Assembly (NCBI GenBank): GCA_030295235.1
Contig: AP026162.1
Coordinates: forward strand, 2,046,001-2,110,000
Direction of reading: 5' to 3'
DNA: 64,000 bases
From: Fistulifera solaris
Taxonomy: Eukaryota
Made by a program: the position numbers and the translations under genes. The notes beneath the pieces are model-generated. The model saw only the letters and a list, made by a program, of their open reading frames with translations, was not told where the DNA came from and searched no databases. This document shows positions 11,779 through 22,255 of the stretch, one piece after another. How positions within the stretch are numbered: the stretch's first letter is position 1; every line of letters starts with the position of its first letter.

Positions 11779-13094
11779 TTAAACAACATAGGATGCAACG
11801 ACGTCACCTTCTAGTTTTTGCCGCTTGGCACTATTATCATTTGAATCTTCTTGTACCAGACGCTTCTCTCTGTTGGCGATAGCGTCTTGTGCGTGTTGAT
11901 CTTGCTTCGAAACCTCGTTTAGTGGCTCCGAGGGAATTATGTGAGTCTGTCCGAGATTAACGCCGTTCTTTTCAACTTGTTGGAGGCTGGCTATACCTCC
12001 CGCGTTTTGTTGCATCGCCAATAACATGTTCATCTGATTCCCCCCGTCTTGTAGTGACGCCATGTTCTGCTGCTGCTGTAAAAGTAGCTGTTGCTGCTGG
12101 AGATGTTGTTGTTGGTAAATGTTCATCATAAGTGTCGTTTCTTGAATTTCGTTCAATAAATTCATATGATGCAGCTTCAACATTTGATAATGTCTAAGGA
12201 AGACGGTTAGTACATGTTTGCCTCTCATCGTTCTTGTCTCAACACGAAAGTACTTACTCGTTGGGGTTTGTTGCTGTTGAATTGGAAAGGTTGATCGCCG
12301 GGACACTAGCGTTTCCGACTCCGTTAGAACTCTCTGCATTAGTGCCAGAGCCGTTACCTTGTTCCGAAGGCTGTTGACGATAGAAATCGTCTCGGTATGC
12401 ATTATACGCGGCAGCGGCTCCTCCGCCGACAAGTTCACGAAAAGCCGGCTTTCCAATTAGATCGATGCCCGCGTTATTCATCGATGGCTGTGTCGAACTG
12501 CCAAAAGAACTGGTTTTACCGAAGTCGCTAGAAAGAAGAGATAACCCAAGTGATGAACTCCGACGGGCTTGCTTCAAACTATTTTGCGGGTCTTGTTGAT
12601 TCCATGCATTCTGCATCATGGCCTGTTGCATACCAGCCTGTCCGTTCATTTGCGAATTCGCACCCATCCCCATAAGCAACATATTAGGGTGAGACCCTGG
12701 GCTTTGGTGCTAGCTAATATTCCATCGTCTTCGCCTTTTCGACTCGTACGTCCTCCGCTGACCACCCTGATTCCAAGTCTTTCGAGTTCATTGATGACCC
12801 AATCACGTGTGGGTTTGGGGTTCATACTTGATCTCCAGGCTCTAGTCAGTGCCTTTGCCTTGGCACACTTCTCTTCTGCCTCTGTCGAAGGAAAGGTACC
12901 CAAAGCAATTGTCTTTCCTTGCCACTGTCGAGAAGGTAGTTGATGGTGAGTATTGTATGGTCTGACGAGTTGGCGAACCAAAAACTCTCACGATCCTCGT
13001 TGTATCAGCGACCCGTGTAGCTTGACTTCCTTACCTTTACATGTACCGCTCTTTTACCAGCATTAGCCCCAGTGTCATCGACTGGATCTGACAT
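11779..13094 (-). CDS. Putative transcription factor: divergent AP2-like N-terminal domain, Q/M-rich region, C-terminal coiled helix
   Basis: Spliced model (introns ~12925-13034 and ~12194-12257): HVK|WQGKTIALGTFPSTEAEEKC; HYQMLKLHHMNLLNEIQETTLMMN + polyQ; NLS-like AKRQKL; one frameshift near 12680. Confidence 0.6.
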
Positions 13095-13885
13095 TGCTTT
13101 GGAGATCTGAAGAAAATAACGTGGAAAAAGGAGGCTAAATCTTCGATGTCGAGTTAAATGGCCTCGTATCTGCGGTTGATGCAGAAAGAGTCGCTCAATG
13201 GATCTTCGGTCGAAAGCAAGAAAAGACGGGGTCCGTTTCGCTTCGTTGGTCTATCGGATCCGCTATCAATTGAATGTCGAATGGATCCGAGTCGATCTCG
13301 TCGTTCTTTCGTTGTGTCGCTTATCGCTTTCGTCGTTTTTATTGTTCGATTTTTTTGTTGCTTTGTGAGTTGAGGGTCATTATCGCCGAGCAAATCTAGA
13401 GTAGTATGACTCAGAATGTAGCATCGGCATTTCGAAACTGGCATTTTGGCGTTCGGTCTTCGTCATCAGTTGATAAAGACTTTTGACATTTTGCAAAAAT
13501 AGCATCTACAATCAGGTTCACACTTCAAGGAATCGTCGCTATAACTTTTTCGATATTTAGACAGGAGACATTCTAAGTATCCAGTACCGCTTTAAGTATT
13601 GATATCAGCTATGAAGTCTTTGTACATTTTAGTTCACAGCCGATCCGCGTTTCTTTCTCCGCATTCTATGGAAAGGTCACAAGTTCACACTTGAAGCTAT
13701 AGTACCATCGATCACCAATACGACATTTTCCAATAAGATCCGGCAGAAGGTTTGACGGCAGCAGCCACCATGAAATTTTTTTTGCGCCAGCGGTGCAGTT
13801 TTTTTTTTATTTTAAAAAAGAACAATTTGGTAAGCAATTTGTTCAGATACTCCGTTAAGATAACCCTTTTACACGTTAGGCCAAG

Positions 13886-14803
13886 ATGGGAAGAGTCGCT
13901 CGTTACAAGAAAATCAAAGCATGCGATCCCTATTCGAAACAGAACGGGGGGAGAGTCCAACTCGACAAAGTGGGTGTGTGGGGATTGGGGGACAATGGTC
14001 GGAAACCGAAGAAGCGCAGCAAAACTGCAGAAAGACTTCGAGCACACAAAAGAAAAAAGGCAGGTTGACGAAGGCGACCCTTTCGATTTGCCTCCCGAAG
14101 GCGAGGACGAGTTTGATATGGCTGACTTACTGGGTAGTGTAAAAGAGAAAAGAAAACGACGGAAGAAACTGAAGTTGTTTCAAATGTCGTCAAGACTGTT
14201 ACAACATCTTCTGTAAAGCCTGAAAAGGCGCTCAAAGAAGATGAGAATCTACAAAGTTCAAAGCTATTGAAACTCGACAAGCAAATAGAAAAGAAGCTAC
14301 ATGAGGCACCGGAAGTGAAACGCATGCCAGGTGAAAGTAAGAAGGCATTTGACCGCCGAATAAAGGCAGAAACACGAATGATCATCAGAGAGCAACGGGT
14401 AAACAATAGAAATCCTGAAAAGAAGCAGCGGAAGAAGGAGTTTCTGACCAACAAGAAAAAGAAGAAAAGTGGAGAAGCTTTGGTTAGCTCCTCTTCCGGG
14501 AAATATGCGGACGATAGTGATGCTGGTGCGGATGATGATTTCATTACTGGGGAACAAGCAGCGGCCCATCGAGATAGAGAAAGCACTGTTCCGTTTGGCG
14601 TTCAAGCAGAACGTCCGCCGTCGTTCAAGCAACTTCCTCGTGGAGCAGTCGAAAAGAAACGTCCGACCGGGCAATCAAAACTGTCGGATGATGCTGATAT
14701 TGAAGCGGAGAAAAAGACAATGGAACTAATGAGGCGGAAAATTCAAGCCCAGTATGCTGCGATCAAAGCACAAAGACGTCAAAGGGGAGATTTCCATCTT
14801 TGA
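13886..14803 (+). CDS. Basic nucleolar-type coiled-coil protein (CCDC137-like)
   Basis: MGRVARYKKIK; KRMPGESKKAFDRRIK; VPFGVQAERPP; ..RRKIQAQYAAIK. Pieces joined across frameshifts in A-runs. Confidence 0.65.
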
Positions 14804-15360
14804 ATCGCTTTATTACATCAACTGGCAAATAGTAGAACAGCTGTAATTCGTAATAGTATTTTTAAAATGGACTACGGCTCTCAACTGTGACTAGTAGAGA
14901 TTAAATCTAAGAATTGGCAGTGGCATGACTTCCTCTGAACCTGCCACTCACCAGAAATAAAAGTAAGGTTGCCGGTAACTGAATCGATCGTTTTATGTCG
15001 GGCAAAAATTTGCCATCGTATGGTTACGAAAGAGATATCTTGTTGATGAGTCAGCACGTCACGAATATGGACATGAAGAAAGTTTGGCAATAGTGCTTGC
15101 CAAAACATTGTTGGCTCAAGTTGTTTCAATGTGAGACGAAAACACTGCATATCGCAATTGATGGCCTGCATGTTGTCATTACATGATGCTTTACATCAAA
15201 TAGAAATTTTGGCAGGTAGATTCGTGAGCGACAGTTACAAAGGATAAAATAGCTTCACGATACTGGAACCGTCGCAATTGTCTCGGATTACGGAATAATA
15301 ATTGGCAGCGCGAAAAGCGCGCGCTCCCGTGGCTTGATGAGAATATTTAGGAAGAAAAGA

Positions 15361-16941
15361 CTATGATAGATGTCCATGATAAGCTGATATACCATGCTCG
15401 TCAATGGGATCCAATCGCGGACTCACTGGTTCGTCTTCCAAATCTTCATTCGTAGAGTCCATGCCAAGACCTCTCGTTTCAAGAAGTCTCGAGGAGCACG
15501 CGGCAGTGATAAGATGAACTAACAGCATCACAATTGCGACGACAGGTAATGGAGTGTTCCCTACCACTAGAAAGGGACAGAAGAAAGCCCCAGACGGGCC
15601 ATCGCATTCGATGTGCTATGTCCTGTACCTCGAACTTCGGTGGTAAGAATTTCCGCGGTCGAAACCCATGTGATGCACGTAGCCGACATTTCGAACACCC
15701 GGGCCAAAAAGCTAAGTCCCAGTAGCATGTAGTGATGTGATCCGGTCGACGCCAACATGCAAAAGGCAGAAATGGAGAAGCCTGCAATCAGATAGGAGAC
15801 GACTTGCGACGGAACCCGACCGACGCGATCAACGGCCCAAATAGCCAAGGTCGTTCCTACCATTTCAGCCGCGCTGCTCATAAAAATTGCTGTATAGTCA
15901 AAGTGATACATTCTGTCTGTTTGGTGGTTTTTGTCCGAGTGGGCAAATACGTTCGTGATCGCCATGACCGTTCCGTAGTAACCGAACGCAAACAAGCCCC
16001 ACGTCCCCCACAAAAGACAAGGTAATGTCTCTCCACTGGGGACTCAACAATTCCGCGATGGTCGCCTCTCTATGTTGGCGCTCGGGCGCCAAAGTCATCG
16101 AAGGGGGAAATACTACATCCGGATCCAGACCATTTTGCGTGGCCGAGCGGCGGAGCACCGCCATGGCCTCTTTTAGGTGTCCTTTTGTCACTAACCATCG
16201 CGCACTCTCCGGGACGAAGAAGAATCCCACAAATAGAGAGATAAGGCAAGGTATCGAGCAAAGGACTACGAATAAGCGCCAGTGGCCTCCGTGCAGGCTG
16301 AAATAGGCGACCGCCACAACATATAACGAACCCAATGTCCAAAAGTATTCAATCAACAACAGACTGGTCCCCCTCTTTGTTCTGGGCAGAAATTCCGCCA
16401 GAATATCAAATGGCACCGTCAAACCCCCAACTCCGAGACCGACCATGAATATCGTAGCCGCCAAAAACTCCACATTCGGAGCCAGAGAGGCCAGAACACC
16501 AAAAACGGAAATATCCAAGGCGGTGATGAGAAAAACGGGTCGGCGTCCAATCGAATCCGCGAGAGGTCCGAGTAGTAAAGTTCCGACCATGGCTCCCGCA
16601 AACACCGCCGAGGCCATGGCTTCCGTAGCCTGTGGTGACAAGTTCCATTCATCTTTCAACACAACCGAGAGAAACGACAAGAGCATCAATTGCATGGCAT
16701 CGGCTGCAAAACAAACACCTGCTGCAGCGCAGAGAAGATACTGGAATGTACCGTATCCGAGTCGCTCCATCGCTTCATCGATAGTTACGACTTCATTTAT
16801 GGCACGTGTTGTGTCATCGATTGAACAATCATCGGCGGAATTAGTGTCCGATGACGGACATTTTTCCGATACGACAAACGCCTCGTCGGCCAATGGTTCG
16901 TCTTCGCTGTGCGGAATGTGTTGATACTCTACCGTATTCAT
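15361..16941 (-). CDS. MFS transporter, SVOP/SV2-like
   Basis: LGYGTFQ, FAADAM, GPLADSIGRRP, VPESARWL, AVDRVGR, TAEILTTEVRGTG, LLETRG; multiple TM segments across three frames. Confidence 0.9.
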
Positions 16942-17400
16942 TATTGAGTTCTTTGTTGTCGAATGGCGTATGTTGGTGGGTCAATGAATGGTAAGACTTT
17001 GAGAGGAGTTCGAGTGACATTTTGAAACGGAACATGGTTTGCAAAATCTCCGCGTCCTTCGGATTTCCATCGTGAGAAGTTCTGGTTTTCGTAATAGGAG
17101 TTTGGGTGCCGATCGACTACAGTAGTACTGTTGCTGACGCCTGTGATGACGGCGGAAAAGTGAGTCGATCGATACTCCCGACTCCTGACTCCTGAGGCGA
17201 CATTGTTGGTACCAGTACGACATCAGACATCATCTGTCAATCCTTCGTGGATCTATAAGTATCGGTCCGTTCGACCACAAGAGGAACTAAGTAGATGAAA
17301 CATTAAACCAAATTAACTCCAAGAGAACTACGGTGCCAAGAGGGCTTTCGTCGCGGATAGAAGAACTTAAAATCCCCTGCAAAGAAGAAAACGAAATGAC

Positions 17401-17454
17401 TCATGACTCAATCCAGTCATGACAAAAGGTCGCCTTCACTTTAAGGCTATAGTA
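17401..17454 (+). repeat. Best copy of a dispersed ~55-bp bipartite motif (TCATGACT-n6-AGTCATGA ... CACTT-n5/6-TATAGTA)
   Basis: Related copies at ~17821-17876(+), 19527-19578(-), 20167-20218(-), 20501-20564(-), 53976-54029(+); box-only copies end at 13704 and 17645. Confidence 0.7.
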
Positions 17455-18202
17455 AAAATCAAAGTGTGAAATAATGATCTCGAAGGCTTCTTCACGCAAC
17501 AAATGCAATAATGCATCTCAAAGAATGCGGATCGCTAATACAATGCTTTCAACAGCTTTACATTTTTATTTTTGTTCGAGCCATGTGTTGTCAATGCAAT
17601 CCTTATCGGTGTTTGGAAGTCGAGCTCACACTTGAGCCTATAGTAGAAAATGGAAAAATCATTCTGAGAATAAGCTTTCCCACGCTTAAAAAAATTGTGA
17701 TAAAGCATTTCAACTGAAATTATCAGCTTAACCTTTATCTTCTATTGTACATGTTTGCATTCATTCATAGAGCTAGATCCTATGTGTTAGCCATTTTTGG
17801 TGTCCATCGTTTACCTCATCTTGACTCAAATCGAGTCGTGTCATGGTGCCGTAAACCAACACTTTAATCTATACTACATTGGGAAGTACACTTTCGTGCG
17901 ATAGAAATAATTTTCCACATTGGCAATAAAGCACGTTTGGGACTTGTGACAAAAGATCGCGATCGAGAGGTGCGTTATTTTGCCAATTAATGGCTTTGAT
18001 GTCGATGAAAACACATCTTCTCGTATTTTTGCAATCACTCATTAAAGAATTACAGTCTCAAAGTCTTTCATCCTTTGTGTTGGATCTTGATGGAATAGCG
18101 CGGTAGCTGCTGTGATTCGAATGAGCGTTTCGAAGTCATGAATCAACAAAAAAATCAAGATTGCAAAAGTAAGGCAACGAAGAGACAGCGAATATCCCGA
18201 AA

Positions 18203-18980
18203 ATGGATTCATTAAAGCTTTTCGTCGTTAATACAGAGCAACGGAGCTGTCTTCGTTTTGCTGTAGCCATGGCTTGTTCTCCGTGTATTTACACACGGCC
18301 TTCTAAAATTACCACTTCCCGCGCGGCGACAGAACAACAATCCACCCAACTGGAACAAGCGGCGAGAGCCTTTCTGCAAAAGTCGGGTATTTTAACGGAG
18401 GTGAAGACTTGATTCAAAAATGGCACAAACTGTTGTCCACATGGGATACCGGACGGCTGGAATTGGCCGTCGAACGCAAGCAGGACTTGTACCAATCGTT
18501 ACAAGACGATCCACGCATCGATAGCGCATCGCTTCTTGTTTCTTACAACGTACAATCGTTCTCATTCGAGTGGATCCCAAGCCTTGGCGATTTGGAAGCG
18601 TGGAATCTAGTTTGGATTGGTGATACGGAACTATCTCCGGAGATAGAACGGATATTATGGAAGGATCACAAGTGGCCATGGAGGCCTTGTAACGACTCCT
18701 CCTCGATCAGTGGGGATTTACCATGCAACCCAATCTGATATCGCATTCGTTGCCTGTTTGCTGCATCTCGAATGTATTTTTTCACGTCGACAATAGTCAG
18801 GATATACGATCGTTGCATCAAGCGTTTCAAATTATGAAATATGTGAAGAAATTACTCGGCATGTTTTGGAAACGAGACGAACGATGTTGCTTGGTACCTG
18901 GTAATGGTACTCTATACGTTTTTTCCGGGGATGCAAATCAGTTCAATCTTGACAATCCTACGGTTTACGCTATAATATAA
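18203..18980 (+). CDS. Orphan hypothetical protein or degenerate gene (three overlapping ORFs)
   Basis: ORFs 18203-18412, 18409-18738 and 18723-18980 overlap end to end and have protein-like composition; no family recognised. Confidence 0.35.
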
Positions 18981-20650
18981 GGTGATGTGATTCTCGGAAG
19001 CGATGGTACTTTTAACGCCTGTAGCAAAACCATCAACTTAGTTCAGAGCAACTTGATTATTTAGGAGCAACTTATAGGTTTTGACATCAATAGACTTAGG
19101 GCATAAAGCAAACCCAGTTAGGCGAAAAGAATCATCGCCATCGTCAAGGAAAGGTTTCTAATTACAAGCCAACGGATACATAGATTGTTTTGTACTTAAG
19201 CTAGAATGGTTTTCAACGAAGCGATACTGCCCGTTAGAAAATGAAGATAAATTATACTATCATCGTAATTTGTCATGATAAAAGCGAAGAATCGTCCTAC
19301 ACAAAAGAGTACAAAGGAACACGTTTTGATGGACTTCTCTATCTGGAATAAAGTAGTGGGAGATGACCCGCCAAGAGTCATTTAAACTCTTTTTCCTATA
19401 CAAAATCGAAATTTTGTCGATTCGATCTTTGAAATCCTTCCCCCACACCCCCATGCCAAAACGAAAAGATCACTTTTCGGACTAAGGTTTACAAAAACAC
19501 TTTCGTTATTACTCTACAAAGCTATCGACTATAAGCAAAAGTGTTGTCCGTTGTTGCCATGATTGGGCTTCAGTCATGAGTCCCGGGTCGTTATTTTAGG
19601 ATATGATTGTAGTCTCGACCTAAGTCAGTTTGGGTTTGATTGCCTCAATACTATAGCAACTTTCCCTAGATTACTCTTCTGTATCAATCAACATTGTTCA
19701 AAATCCATGTAACCTCAAAACGAAGAAAAGAAGAGAGATGCAACATGCAACGCTTCGAATGTCTACGTAAATTTCTCGTAGCTCTCGTAGGGAAATTTAT
19801 CGACAGAGTGGGTACCCGGATATTGAAAATGATTTCTTGCAACTTATTACGGCTATATTCTGCACCAACTTCACCATTCCTCTCACCGACGCGGATCCAT
19901 CGGATCCATAAGCGATACAAGAACGTACGTTGGCTGAAAGATGCTACGCTTCCAATGTCTATTAGGGAATTTATCGAAGTAGGTTTCGCCCTTAGCGTTC
20001 GTACCTGGTACTCCAGTGGTACGTCACCAATACGTTCGTTTCGCACTGTTTTCAGTGATGCTACATTATTTGTCATTAGCTCGATAAAAATACCTTTCGA
20101 AGCAGTTGCGGTGCCCACCACGATGCTAGACGTCGAAAAACATTGCGGATCGTCGAGTTTTGTATTTACTATAGGCCCAAGTGTAGGCAACCTTTTCCAC
20201 GACTGCAATTCAGTCACGATGCCAGATTCTTCTGGGAGACACGGGAACGCACCTCTGCTTGGTACATTTATCTACGGGGGCCTACGTGAGTGTACACTTT
20301 TTCCCGAACCTTCCTGTGGGCCAAATTGCAGCCGCACCTTCGTTTCGCACTCCTATCAAGGAGGTTACATTTGTCATTTTCATGATAAAAAGACGTTTCG
20401 AAGCATTTGCAGTACATGCAACGGTGCTAGATTTCCTAAAGACTATATGTTTCATTTCTGAGATTTCGACCAACGCTTCGGATCGTCGATTTCCTGCGTT
20501 TACTATACCGGTGCGATAGGCCCAAAATGTTGTCGTATTTCGCCACGACTGCAGTTCAGTCACGAAACCCAAGCCGCAAAATAACGCAAAAGAAATCTGC
20601 GACCATGATGATTCCTGGTATACGGAGCGTCTTTACTTTATTGTTTTGCA

Positions 20651-22215
20651 ATGTTGCGCAAACGAACACGACGAACTACTTCCTTTCTGCCCATATTATC
20701 ACGATCTAGCGCAAGAAAGGGCAGCAAGCGCACCCCGTATAGATTTATTGTTGCAGCAATCACCGCAATCGCGGCAGTGTTCTTTTCTTTCGTTCGTATC
20801 GATCGAACGCCAACCATGTTCACCGCTCCAGATTACTTCACTCGACTACCAGTACACCTCCACATCCCGACGGAACCTATGATGTGATCATTTTAGGTTC
20901 GGGTCCCGCCGGCTTATCGGCGGCAGTGTTCGCCGCGCGGTCGACGCTTTCCGTGTTGGTATTGGGTAGTTTGCACGGTGGCTTGTTGAGCGAGGCCACG
21001 TCGTTGGAAAACTTTCCGGGATACACTTCCACCGACTCGTTGCAATGGCTACAACTCACTCAAAAACAAGCGCAAGACTGGGGAGCTACCATGGCATTGC
21101 CGGGCCTGACAGCACAATCGATCACACAATCCAATCACACCTTTCAAATCAAGACCGAACTGGAAGTCTATCAGAGCCGAGCATTGATTGTTGCGACAGG
21201 TGCTACGCCTCGACGCTTGCATTTGCCAGAAGAAGATGATTTATGGGGTACTTTCATTCATTCCTGTGCCATTTGTGACGCCAGTGCGTACGGACCCGAC
21301 GATACGGTTCTGGTGGTGGGCGGTGGGGATGCTGCCGTGGCCGCGGCTTTGTATTTGTCACGCATTGTTCGACAAGTCATTGTGGTACATCGACAAGCTG
21401 ATTTTACGCGCCCCAAGAATTATGCGGCCATCGAGCAAATGAAGACGTCACCCAAAGTTCGTGTCCTAACTCCGTATGTAGTGACGTCTTGGATACTGGA
21501 TTCATCGCAGACCTTGTTGGTGGGAGCACAACTAGAACATGCTTCCTCGAAAGATCGCACGGAAGTCAAGGTAAATGGAGCCTTTCTTTTGATTGGTGCA
21601 ATACCCAACACAAGCTTTCTTCGTGGTCTTGTAGCTCTCAATGAAGAAGGATTCATTGCCGTGTCTCGCGACGATCAAGGAACATCCATACCCGGGTTAT
21701 TTGCAGCGGGTGAAGTTGTTTTGGATCGTGGTGGATATCGACAAGCCATTACGGCAGCCGCACAGGGCGCTCAAGCTGCCATGGATGTAGAACGGTGGCT
21801 GGCACAGAAAGGTTGGCTCGAGGCCGGTTCACGGAAGGATGCAGCGATCCAGCGCCGTGTGATGCGAACCGATCCACCTAGACCGACTGAGGGCTGTGAC
21901 TTGACCCAGACCGACTGTTTGAAAGATGTGGTGCATAAGTATCCTCTCGTGGTGTTTTCTAAATTTTCATGTCCTTATTGCGGGATGGCCCTGGAAGCGC
22001 TAGGAACAGTAGGAGCGAATCCGCATGTCATTGATTTAACCTATTTCGGTCCAAAAGCGCATCTCGTTCAAACGGCACTTGCGCATCTGACTGGTCGGAG
22101 AACTGTGCCGAACGTGTTTATAGGTGGAGAAAGTATCGGCGGAGGCCAAGAAACGGTACAATTTCAGCGGTCAGGGCAGCTCAAAGAGAAGCTTCTACTT
22201 GCGGGTGCTCTTTAA
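20651..22215 (+). CDS. Low-Mr NADPH thioredoxin reductase fused to a C-terminal glutaredoxin, with N-terminal signal anchor
   Basis: YDVIILGSGPAG, ENFPG, ATGA, SCAICD, VVGGGDAA, VHRQ, GLFAAGEV, RQAITAA; Grx FSKFSCPYC, RRTVPNVFIGGESIGG; N-terminal FIVAAITAIAAVFFSFV in an adjacent frame. Confidence 0.88.
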
Positions 22216-22255
22216 GTGATGAAAAAACGATAAAGAGCAAAGATTAATTCAAGGA

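Noticed and set aside
19684..20572. ORFs of 177, 255 and 96 aa, and a YGSDGSASVRG string resembling a hAT catalytic motif
   Set aside because: The ORFs overlap the degenerate non-coding repeat. The motif arises from a 9-bp tandem duplication and lacks the downstream CxxH.
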